From NCBI GenBank assembly GCA_030647005.1, contig JAUSKG010000031.1:1-57166 (forward strand): DNA of 57,166 nucleotides. The letters run 5' to 3'. Shown here one piece after another: positions 1-7,720 of the stretch (position 1 is the first letter of the stretch; each line of letters begins with the position of its first letter). This DNA comes from a bacterium (GTDB taxonomy: Bacteria > Patescibacteriota > Patescibacteriia > JACPHY01). The translations under genes and the position numbers were made by a program. The notes under the pieces were generated by a model. That model had not been told where the DNA came from, ran no database searches, and saw only the letters and a list, made by a program, of their open reading frames with translations.

Positions 1-21
1 TGCATCGATATCGCTCACAAA

Positions 22-528
22 TCATTCAACAATAGCACGGCTAGAAGCTTCGTGCGACTTAGAGGATGATCTTTGATGACTCTTGAAATCTTTCGGCGAA
101 TACTCTGTGACGCGCCCCTTGTCATCTACCGAGAAAACGTACAAACAGAGATGTCGCGCGGCTTGCCATGGGATCCGTCGCAGTGCTTTCTTGGCACTCT
201 CTTCTGGAAGCCCTAAACCGTATTTGTACGCATGCCGTGCGATGACCTTCATTCTCGTAATAACCTGACCGAGCGCGAAAAGAAACGTGGTGTCGGCGAT
301 GGATCGCGCGGATTTCGCGTAGGACTTCCCCTTGCACTCAATGTAAAACCGTCGCGCCTTATTCTTGTTGCGCGAATCGGTGACCACGATGTCGCATCCT
401 CGCTCATGGAGTCCTTTCGTCTTCACGTTGTAGTCCCACCCCTTTTTAGCGAGGTGCTTCAAGATTGCCCGCTCGACAAATTTTTCTGAAATGATTTTCT
501 GCATGATCGTCAAACCTGACACCAACAC
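22..528 (-). CDS. PD-(D/E)XK-fold (restriction-endonuclease/Mrr-like) protein, function unknown
   Basis: 168-aa ORF. 'ERGCDIVV...RRFYIECKGKS' looks like a D...(D/E)xK nuclease core. GTG start lies 3 nt after the stop of the upstream ORF; an alternative ATG is at 504. Visibly AT-richer than res/mod. Motif recognition only. Confidence 0.5.
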   Translation of the reverse strand: MLVSGLTIMQKIISEKFVERAILKHLAKKGWDYNVKTKGLHERGCDIVVTDSRNKNKARRFYIECKGKSYAKSARSIADTTFLFALGQVITRMKVIARHAYKYGLGLPEESAKKALRRIPWQAARHLCLYVFSVDDKGRVTEYSPKDFKSHQRSSSKSHEASSRAIVE

Positions 529-531
529 CGT

Positions 532-879
532 CTATCTGTAGGAATCTACGTGAGCTGGTCGTGAGTGTTCCTCCCTCTGCCGTTTTTCTTCCTCCTTTGT
601 CCATGGATCAATCTTGACTCCAAATTGAACCCTACTAACCGTTGCATTACGCGTCTGCTCGCCCACATCACCACCCGCCTCCACAAAATGCAGTACTCGA
701 ATACCGCCTTTCCCGGTCACATTTGTCTCCTGCTCTACCGTCACCGCAATATCAAACTCGACCGTTCGATGCTGTTCGTTATCGGTCAATTTCATCTTAC
801 GTACTGCTGTAGTACTCGCTCCCTCGACCGCTTCAACAAGATCAAGGAGGACGCGTTGCACGAAATCTTTGAGTTCCAT
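532..879 (-). CDS. Small hypothetical protein, Trypco2-like by sequence pattern
   Basis: 115-aa ORF with ATG 7 nt after the mod stop. 'VEFDIAVTVEQETNVTGKGGIRVLHFVEAGGDVGEQTRNATVSRVQFGVKI' matches my recollection of the trypsin-co-occurring domain 2 pattern (beta segment, G-rich loop, hxhxhxh C-terminal strand). No search run. Confidence 0.4.
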   Translation of the reverse strand: MELKDFVQRVLLDLVEAVEGASTTAVRKMKLTDNEQHRTVEFDIAVTVEQETNVTGKGGIRVLHFVEAGGDVGEQTRNATVSRVQFGVKIDPWTKEEEKRQREEHSRPAHVDSYR

Positions 880-886
880 AAATGTG

Positions 887-2857
887 CTACGTCACCCAGA
901 GGTTGGAGCCGAGGGAGTGGTTGAGTTTCCAGAGTTTGGTGGTGTCGACGGCGCGATGGAGGCAGATGAAGCGATCGGACTTGTGATCCTTGATGAGGCG
1001 ATCGACGGTGGGCATGGTGAGCTCGTGGTCGAGGCAGATGCGGGCGCTCTTGGAGGCGTCGGCGAGGAGGAAGACGAAGTTATCGGTGAACTCGTCTTGT
1101 TTCGTGGCGGTGAAGGTGGCGTCGAATCCGTCCTTGAGTGCGATTTCGGCGAGGAGTTCGTCACGATCGAAAAGGAAGGTGAGGACTTGCTTCGAGCGTT
1201 CGAGGCACTCCTTGAGCGCGACTTCGTTTTCTGCGTCGGTCTTCTCGGGGTCACGCGCGTATGCGGTGTCCGGGAACAAACTCCTCGTCAACTCGAATAC
1301 GCGGAAGCCGGTATCTACTTTTAGTTTCTCCGAACGGGAGGGTATAAAACCCTCCCCTACGTCGCCGTTGATCCGCGCGCCCGCGCGCTTCACGCGCTCG
1401 ATGGTGATCTGTGAAATGGTGTTGTACCCCGCCTTCCGCGCCTCGCTTTTCTCGTCCGTCTCCTCCGGCAACTGCACAAGGATGAACTTTCGATTTCCGC
1501 CGTCTTCCTTATTCAATGCCATCACCGCCTGTGCGGTGGTGCCGGAACCAGCGAAGAAGTCGAGGATGAGGTCATCCGCTCCTTTCCTTGAAACAAAATT
1601 GATCAATTTTTTGATGAGCGGATATGGCTTGGAGTAATCGAAGACCTTTTCCCCAAATATATCCTCCATTTGCTTGGTCGCCATTGTACTTGAGTACTCC
1701 TGAATGACAGCTAACGGAGGCAACGTCCTCGTGATCGGTTTATCTTCGTTATCAACACTGAAGTATTGCTTAGTGTAAATAATCCAGTTATCTCCCCCAT
1801 TTTTCTTGACGACAATAAAACCATTTTGCGCTCCCCATTCGTATTTTTTCTTCGACCACCTCCAACAGCCACGCTTTCCATTTTCGCTCGGGTGGATATC
1901 TCCGCCATCTGGAGCTTCAATCGGATAATCAAGGGATGGAGAGTACTGGATACTAAAGCTATTCAGCTTGATGAGCTTGTATTTCCCCCTTTCCTTGACA
2001 TGCTCATCCTGCCCCGGATAACCACTGTCGTCTTCCACCTCGGACCCAGGAATAACGAGTTGCTCGATATCTTTAGCGAAAACACAAACGTATTCGTGCT
2101 TTATCTTGAAGTACTTACTATCAGATCCACCACCACCTTCTCGGTTCTCCCAAACAATTTGCGCCACAAAATTCTCCTCCCCGAACACTTCGTCCATGAG
2201 CTTGCGGAGGTTATGGACCTCGTGGTCGTCGATGCTTACGAAAATCACGCCGTCGTCGCGGAGGAGCTGGCGGGCGAGGAGGAGGCGGTTCTGCATCATG
2301 TTGAGCCAGTTGCTGTGGTAGCGGCCGGCGGATTCGGTGTTCGTGTCCATGCGCATGCCGTCGTGGAAGACGCCGTTCTGTTCCCAGTACGCCTGCTTTC
2401 CTTCTGTGAAATTATCCGAGTACACGAAATCATGGCCGGTGTTGTACGGCGGATCAATGTAGATGCACTTCACTTTCCCGAAGTACGACTTCCGGAGCAG
2501 TTTTAGCACCTCGAGGTTGTCGCCTTCGATGATGAGGTTGCCCGTCGTATCGAAATCCACGCTGCGCTTTGGATTTGGCCGAAGCCGCGCGCGGCTCGGC
2601 GTGAATGCGATGCGCTTCGACGCTTGTTTGCCCGCCCATCGGAACTCGAACCGTTCGACATCCGGCACGCCGTAGTTGCCGACGAACGCACGCAGCTCGC
2701 GCTCGCTCAACTTGCCGTCACCGTCGAAGAGCGCGGGGTAGAGAGCGCGGAGAGAAGCGAGAAGCTCGGCGTGGATGTCGGGGGTTTCGTGAGGGATGTG
2801 CTGGAGATCGTTGGTGGGCATATATGATGCGACCGTTTTACTGATTCGCGTACTCAT
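887..2857 (-). CDS. mod: Type III restriction-modification DNA methyltransferase (Mod, beta-class N6-adenine MTase)
   Basis: ORF 887..2899. Motif IV 'IYIDPPYNTGHDF' precedes motif I 'ILDFFAGSGTTAQAV' by ~290 aa (TRD between them), the beta-class order typical of Type III Mod. Start placed at ATG 2857 (AAGGA upstream, 5 nt after the stop of ORF 2862..3050); 2899 and 2821 are alternatives. Confidence 0.85.
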   Translation of the reverse strand: MSTRISKTVASYMPTNDLQHIPHETPDIHAELLASLRALYPALFDGDGKLSERELRAFVGNYGVPDVERFEFRWAGKQASKRIAFTPSRARLRPNPKRSVDFDTTGNLIIEGDNLEVLKLLRKSYFGKVKCIYIDPPYNTGHDFVYSDNFTEGKQAYWEQNGVFHDGMRMDTNTESAGRYHSNWLNMMQNRLLLARQLLRDDGVIFVSIDDHEVHNLRKLMDEVFGEENFVAQIVWENREGGGGSDSKYFKIKHEYVCVFAKDIEQLVIPGSEVEDDSGYPGQDEHVKERGKYKLIKLNSFSIQYSPSLDYPIEAPDGGDIHPSENGKRGCWRWSKKKYEWGAQNGFIVVKKNGGDNWIIYTKQYFSVDNEDKPITRTLPPLAVIQEYSSTMATKQMEDIFGEKVFDYSKPYPLIKKLINFVSRKGADDLILDFFAGSGTTAQAVMALNKEDGGNRKFILVQLPEETDEKSEARKAGYNTISQITIERVKRAGARINGDVGEGFIPSRSEKLKVDTGFRVFELTRSLFPDTAYARDPEKTDAENEVALKECLERSKQVLTFLFDRDELLAEIALKDGFDATFTATKQDEFTDNFVFLLADASKSARICLDHELTMPTVDRLIKDHKSDRFICLHRAVDTTKLWKLNHSLGSNLWVT

Positions 2858-2861
2858 TTTT

Positions 2862-3050
2862 CTATTCCTTGATCCAAATATGTTGCTGCGCACCGTCACC
2901 CTCCCTTATTTCGTACTTCAAGCCCCTCTCTTTGCATACCCTAAGAACCTCTGCAAAATCCTCATTCCTCGGATCGAGTTTGCAGCACAATGCGTAACCT
3001 TCATTGTCTTTCGGTCTTGGATCATCGCTTGCGAGTTGGTTCCAATGCAT
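2862..3050 (-). CDS. Small hypothetical protein between res and mod
   Basis: 62-aa ORF with an ATG start, co-directional with res and mod, in a visibly AT-richer patch. No recognisable motif (no HTH seen). Confidence 0.35.
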   Translation of the reverse strand: MHWNQLASDDPRPKDNEGYALCCKLDPRNEDFAEVLRVCKERGLKYEIREGDGAQQHIWIKE

Positions 3051-3074
3051 ACAGATGACTCAAATGTTTGGCGT

Positions 3075-3109
3075 GAGATTGCTTCGTCGCACGGCTCCTC
3101 GCAATGACA
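3075..3109. repeat. Solo half-copy of the GTCATTGCGAGG...CCTCGCAATGAC palindromic repeat family
   Basis: 'gagattgcttcgtcgcacggctcctcgcaatgaca' matches the right arm of the copies at 46711..46739 and 34483..34522. It sits in the 60-nt res/small-ORF gap. Confidence 0.6.
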
Positions 3110-3110
3110 C

Positions 3111-5783
3111 CTAGAGAATCGGTTGGCTGTTTGCGTCGAGGGCGCGGGATCGGAGGGATTTGAAATCCTTGATGGGGGCGATGTACTGGCGGTCGGTTTT
3201 TGGGGCGAAGCCGAGGGCGGTGAAGTGAGCGAGGGCGCACTTTATTTTCAGCTGCTCATCGGGGCGAAGCATACCAAGATCGTTTGATCCCTTCGTCTCC
3301 ACCACGAGGTAGCTCCGCGATTCCCCTCCATCATCGAGCTCGCGCTGCTCCACCACGAATGCCCAGTCCGGATGGTAGTCGCCAATAGGTGTAGCAATCG
3401 CGTACCAGTTGGGCAGTTTGAGGAACACGCGTACGCGCTGTTCACCATCGAGTGCGAGCGCAAATGGTCGTTCAATAGTTTCACTGTCGTAGATGACGTG
3501 ATCGTAAATGCTGCGCCGCACCGAAACCGTCTGTTGGTAGGTCTGCTCAATCTTTTCAAGATCGGCGAGCGGGTACTGCTCGTTGGTGGGCTGATAGCGG
3601 ATGACCGCGACAAGTTCCTCGGCCAAAATGCGCTTCAAGCGTTGGGCTGCTTCTGCGAGGTAGACGAGTGGATTCCGAGCGAGCTGGTCGGTGTTCGTCA
3701 GGCCATCCACGATGCGCTGCACCGTGACCGTACTCAACGCAGTATCGGCGACGAGCGCGACGACTGGATTGACGAATGCGGTACTGCCATCGATCGCGAC
3801 GCGATCATCACCTTCATACGTTGCGGCTGCAATGTCCCCGAGGTCGCGGATGCGTCGTCGTTCGATGATGATCTGTGGCCGCGGAACGACAATCGCGCCA
3901 CACGCGGCGATCCCGCGCGCGACAAGCTCCTCTTCGCGGAAAAACGCCTCGTACGTGGTCTTCGGCGCGATGCGCTCCCAGAGCTGCCGGAAGTGCTCGC
4001 TGTCGTACTGGTCACGATTGAGCTGAATGCGTGTCGGCTTCGCGCGCTTGTTCCGCACGGGAACCTGCTCGACGCCTTCGCCGTACTCCTCAACAAGTTC
4101 TCGCTGGAGACCCTCCGCGAACGCGTGGTAGCTCTCATTGGCGACGACGGTGAGGAGGTTCACCTCTTTACCTTCTGGTGTACCCGCTAGGTCGAATACG
4201 CGTTCCCCGTTCTGATCCACGCAAATGCGCAAACCGCGACCGATTTCCTGCCGCTTCTTCATGATGCTCTCCGTCTCATTGAGCGTGCAAATGGTGAACA
4301 CGTTTGGATTGTCCCACCCCACGCCGAGCGCGGAGTGCGAGAAAATAAACTCCACTGGTTCATCGGTGCTCAAGAGGCGTTCTTTGTTGCGGAGGATGAG
4401 GTCGTACGCTTCGCTATTCTTCCGCATGGATGTCTCACTATCCGTCCAATCGCCACCACCTGTTTTTGCGAAGTATCCTTCGTGCACTGCATCCACGTGC
4501 TCAGGATCGCGATGGTATCGGCGGCGCCACTCCTCAACGTACAGTTCACGGAATAGGCGACGAATGATGCCATCTTCATTATTGTAGTTCGCCACGCGAT
4601 CAATGAAGAAAAGCGCGAGCGCCTTGATGCCACGCGGTGCGAGCGCGTCCTTCTTCTCAAAATGCGAACGGATCGCGTATCGGATTTGTTCGCGGAAGAT
4701 CGCCTCACGATTCCGCCCGTGCTGCGCTTGCTCCGTGATCTCCGTGCCGTTCGTAAACGCAATCTTCGCGGTGTCGCTCCCCATGTCCTTCGAGATGCGC
4801 TCCACGATCCATCCCGTATACACGGGATTCTTCGTCTTTGTGGCAAGGTCGTCTCCAAACTTCACCGTGACAACACGGTCACGGAGCTCACTGCTCGCCG
4901 TACGCACCGCAAGCATGAGCTTCGCTTTTGGTGCTTTTGCGGAGAACACCGCCTTGGTGAATGCGATACGCACGTCGCTCTGCGTGCCCTCCTCCGAAAT
5001 GGGGTACACTTCAATCTTCTTTACGAGGCCCTGCCGATACGCATCGTACGGTGTGAGACGGTAAAGAAGGTTCGTAAGCACGCGATGCGTTGCGGAGTAC
5101 CGGAGCGTGCAGAGCGGGTGGAGTGCCGCGCGGCGCTCGACCATGTTCGGTGTATCCATCCCCTCCTGCGGTTCATCGAGGATAAGGACGGGGGCGGTGC
5201 GCTGAATAAGATCAATGAGACGTTCACCGTAGAGCGTGTCGCGTTCTTGATTGATGATGCGATCTTCTGCGTTGAACGCCTGCATGTTCATCACCATGAT
5301 CTGCAGTGCATTCGAGATCGCAAAGTGTTTCACGCGGTTGAGATGCTTGCCATCATACGGAAATGCCTCGAACGGCATCGCGTGGAAGAGCGCGCGGAAA
5401 TGCTCACGCGTCACTTCAATCGTCTTAAGAACACCTTCACGCACAGCTACACTCGGCACAACGATGATAAACTTCGTGAGGCCATACGCGCGATGGAGTT
5501 CGAAAATCGTGCGGAGGTACACATACGTCTTTCCGGTTCCGGTTTCCATTTCAATGGAAAAATCGAGCGCATCGGTGGGCTTGCCGTCCGCGATGCGGTT
5601 GTCTGACATGATTGTAGTGCGATTCGTAAGTACCTGCTCACTCGAGATATCGATTTTGTTTGCGATGACCTCTGCAAAGATACGATCCTGTGGACGAATA
5701 TGCGGCGCGCCCTCAAAAAGGCGCACCACTGCATGGATAGCATCGAGCTGAAATTGGAGGTTGGGATCGAAATGGAATCGCAT
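3111..5783 (-). CDS. res: Type III restriction enzyme Res subunit (SF2 helicase + C-terminal PD-(D/E)XK nuclease)
   Basis: 890 aa. Walker A 'METGTGKTYVY', motif II 'VLILDEPQ', late helicase motifs ('HSALGVGWDNPNVF', 'QEIGRGLR'), and C-terminal 'PDWAFVVE...YLVVETKG' nuclease core. Confidence 0.85.
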   Translation of the reverse strand: MRFHFDPNLQFQLDAIHAVVRLFEGAPHIRPQDRIFAEVIANKIDISSEQVLTNRTTIMSDNRIADGKPTDALDFSIEMETGTGKTYVYLRTIFELHRAYGLTKFIIVVPSVAVREGVLKTIEVTREHFRALFHAMPFEAFPYDGKHLNRVKHFAISNALQIMVMNMQAFNAEDRIINQERDTLYGERLIDLIQRTAPVLILDEPQEGMDTPNMVERRAALHPLCTLRYSATHRVLTNLLYRLTPYDAYRQGLVKKIEVYPISEEGTQSDVRIAFTKAVFSAKAPKAKLMLAVRTASSELRDRVVTVKFGDDLATKTKNPVYTGWIVERISKDMGSDTAKIAFTNGTEITEQAQHGRNREAIFREQIRYAIRSHFEKKDALAPRGIKALALFFIDRVANYNNEDGIIRRLFRELYVEEWRRRYHRDPEHVDAVHEGYFAKTGGGDWTDSETSMRKNSEAYDLILRNKERLLSTDEPVEFIFSHSALGVGWDNPNVFTICTLNETESIMKKRQEIGRGLRICVDQNGERVFDLAGTPEGKEVNLLTVVANESYHAFAEGLQRELVEEYGEGVEQVPVRNKRAKPTRIQLNRDQYDSEHFRQLWERIAPKTTYEAFFREEELVARGIAACGAIVVPRPQIIIERRRIRDLGDIAAATYEGDDRVAIDGSTAFVNPVVALVADTALSTVTVQRIVDGLTNTDQLARNPLVYLAEAAQRLKRILAEELVAVIRYQPTNEQYPLADLEKIEQTYQQTVSVRRSIYDHVIYDSETIERPFALALDGEQRVRVFLKLPNWYAIATPIGDYHPDWAFVVEQRELDDGGESRSYLVVETKGSNDLGMLRPDEQLKIKCALAHFTALGFAPKTDRQYIAPIKDFKSLRSRALDANSQPIL

Positions 5784-5879
5784 AATGCCACAATCGTATC
5801 ATGTGATCATGCGCTTGTTACATTCTCACGGCTACTCTTCTCACCCACCATAAGTCGAAAAGAGTGAGAGCGACCATAC

Positions 5880-6476
5880 TCAATACCTCCGCATGACCGC
5901 GCGGACGACGCCTTGGACGATGCAGTCGCGGACGAAGATGGGTTTCATGGTGGCGTTGGCCGGCTCCAGGCGGATGCGGGTGCGTTCGCGGTAGAACTTC
6001 TTGAGGGTGGCGTGGTCGTTGTCGAGGAGTGCGACGACGACTTGGCCGTCGCGGGGGGAGGGATTGCGCTCGACAACGACGTAGTCGCCGTCGTGGATCC
6101 CCTCTTCGATCATGGACTCGCCTTGCACGCGGAGGACGTATGAGTTGAGACCGTCCACGACGAAGTCCGCCGGCACGGCGATGGCCTCCTGTTCTTCTAC
6201 GGCCTCGATGGGACGACCGGCTGCAATGGTGCCGAGGAGTGGGAGGGCGAATGATCGCCCGAGTCCCAGCGTCTGACGTGTGGGCATGCACGCGCGCGAT
6301 CCGGCACCTGCGACGTAGCCGGCACGACGGAGGGACTCGAGGTGCTCGTGGATCGTTGCGGGAGACGACACATCCAGCCCATCCGCAATCTCGCGAATGG
6401 ATGGCGCGTAGTCATGCTCGCGCACGAAGTTGATGATGAAGCTGAGCACTTGGTGTTGGCGTTTGGTGAGAGGCAT
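5880..6476 (-). CDS. lexA: LexA repressor
   Basis: ORF 5880..7010 trimmed to the in-frame ATG at 6476 ('MPLTKRQHQVLSFIINFVREHDYAPSIREIADGL' wHTH). The S24 peptidase part has 'VQGESMIEEGIHDGDYVVV' and 'ATLKKFY'. The upstream 178 codons are P/R-rich and overlap a repeat and promoter region. Confidence 0.9.
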   Translation of the reverse strand: MPLTKRQHQVLSFIINFVREHDYAPSIREIADGLDVSSPATIHEHLESLRRAGYVAGAGSRACMPTRQTLGLGRSFALPLLGTIAAGRPIEAVEEQEAIAVPADFVVDGLNSYVLRVQGESMIEEGIHDGDYVVVERNPSPRDGQVVVALLDNDHATLKKFYRERTRIRLEPANATMKPIFVRDCIVQGVVRAVMRRY

Positions 6477-6539
6477 GGGGGGGCGATTGATGATGGGGGA
6501 TTTGAGATTGATGATGTGTGAGAATCCGTCGCTGTTTTT

Positions 6540-6563
6540 AGTATACCCGAACGCAAACCGAAC
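6540..6563 (-). promoter_or_regulatory. Putative lexA promoter -10 (TATACT) with adjacent direct-repeat SOS-box candidate GTTC-N7-GTTC
   Basis: The minus strand reads 'cctGTTCggtttgcGTTCgggTATACTaaaaac' about 65-85 nt upstream of the lexA ATG. On the plus strand this is GAAC 6549..6552 and 6560..6563. The -10 is at 6540..6545. No good -35 is present, and the box occupies that position. Confidence 0.45.
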
Positions 6564-6622
6564 AGGAGAAGTATGGAGTGTGGATAACGTAAGGAAGTCC
6601 AAAAAGAAGCGCTGGTAGATGA

Positions 6623-6670
6623 ATGACCGGGATTGCCGCGTCGCGCGAGGACGCGCTCCTCGCAATGACA
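6623..6670. repeat. Truncated copy (right half) of the GTCATTGCGAGG-family MITE-like element
   Basis: 'atgaccgggattgccgcgtcgcgcgaggacgcgctcctcgcaatgaca' aligns to the right halves of the 118-bp copies at 34405..34522 and 49870..49987. Confidence 0.6.
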
Positions 6671-6762
6671 AGGGGGTGTGTAGGGCGGGGAAGAGGGAGG
6701 GAATCAGAGGTGGCTCGCACCCCCTCTTACTCCCCCTCAAGATGAGGGGGAGGATCAGAAAG

Positions 6763-6795
6763 GAGAAAAAGAACAAGCCCCGGGGTGTGGGGCTT
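6763..6795 (-). terminator. Probable intrinsic terminator after the exonuclease gene
   Basis: Minus strand: 'aagcccc acacccc ggggctt' (7-bp stem) followed by 'gttctttttctcc', 14 nt after the stop at 6809. Confidence 0.45.
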
Positions 6796-6808
6796 GGCGT
6801 GGGGGTGC

Positions 6809-7585
6809 TCATCGGCCGGGCTCGCCGTTCTTGCGGAGGCGGTAGATTTTGCCGAAGGTGGCGAAGTAGCGATCTGCGAGTGCGGTGGTTGCACGGAGGT
6901 CTTCGAGGTTGTACATGCAGCACTGCGTGAGTGCGCCGGCGCGCCAGAGCCGCTCGAACTGATCGCCGGACATGTGCTCCTTTGGCGAGGCGATACCGAG
7001 GCGGCGGCACCAGAAGTCCAGGGTGTACCGATCGCGCGTCGCGCCAAAGAAGGTGAGGCGATCCGCGAGATCAATGTGCGCATCGTCGTAGCGCGGGCCT
7101 GCGAGGTTCCGAGACGGTACGACACCGACGATGAGCGAGCGGAGCATGACGAACGGGCCATCGAAACTCCGCCCGTTGAAGGTGATGATCTGCGCGTAGT
7201 GTGCGAGATCGTCCCAGAACGCTCGGAGGAGTGTCGCTTCATCGTCAAAGCACTGCATTGCATCCCCCACGCGCTGCACTTCGCACTGCGCGCAGAGCGC
7301 CGCATCGCGCCAGAGCGTATCGGGATTCTTGGGGTCCGGCGGGACGAGGAAGTAGAGCTTCGCATGACCGGAATCGGGATTGCGCATCCCGATGAGCGCG
7401 ACTTGTCCCGTGAGTGGTGCGAGCGCGAGCACATCCTCCGCGGTCGTATCGTCATCACGCTGGGCCGCGCGCTTTGTGAGGTACCGCTGCTCCTGCTCGC
7501 TGAACGCCGCCCACGAACATCCGATGGTCTCGATGTCCAACACGACGCGCGTGGGGCGGTGGATCGCTGCTTTCCCATGGTCCAT
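6809..7585 (-). CDS. 3'-5' exonuclease, PolB-exonuclease-like (RNase H-fold)
   Basis: 258 aa. ExoI 'VVLDIETIG', 'IITFNGRSFDGPFVMLRS', 'HIDLADRL' and 'YNLEDLRATTAL' resemble the DNA_pol_B_exo2-type DEDD exonuclease layout. Confidence 0.7.
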   Translation of the reverse strand: MDHGKAAIHRPTRVVLDIETIGCSWAAFSEQEQRYLTKRAAQRDDDTTAEDVLALAPLTGQVALIGMRNPDSGHAKLYFLVPPDPKNPDTLWRDAALCAQCEVQRVGDAMQCFDDEATLLRAFWDDLAHYAQIITFNGRSFDGPFVMLRSLIVGVVPSRNLAGPRYDDAHIDLADRLTFFGATRDRYTLDFWCRRLGIASPKEHMSGDQFERLWRAGALTQCCMYNLEDLRATTALADRYFATFGKIYRLRKNGEPGR

Positions 7586-7685
7586 GGTTCCTCCAGAGAA
7601 AGAGTACTACACGACAACGCTATCGCGCGAACAGCTCACCGTCAACCTTTGGTGCTCCCGCGCCAGCTTCGGAGAGAACATTAAA

Positions 7686-7712
7686 GCTCCTCCCACTTGT
7701 GGTGGGAGGAGC
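7686..7712 (-). terminator. Probable intrinsic terminator after CDS 7721..8431
   Basis: Perfect 11-bp stem 'gctcctcccac/gtgggaggagc' with a 5-nt loop, followed on the minus strand by 'tttaatgttctc' (weak U-tract). Confidence 0.5.
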
Positions 7713-7720
7713 GTTGCGGA

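Noticed and set aside
887-5783. Treating res-before-mod gene order as novel
   Set aside because: As far as I recall, res-first Type III loci are a documented minority arrangement. The order alone is not evidence of a new system.
6477-7010. N-terminal 178-codon extension of the LexA ORF (track ORF 5880..7010)
   Set aside because: The extension is P/R-rich. It runs through the lexA promoter/operator region, a repeat copy and the 3' end of the exonuclease gene. A canonical LexA N-terminus starts at ATG 6476.
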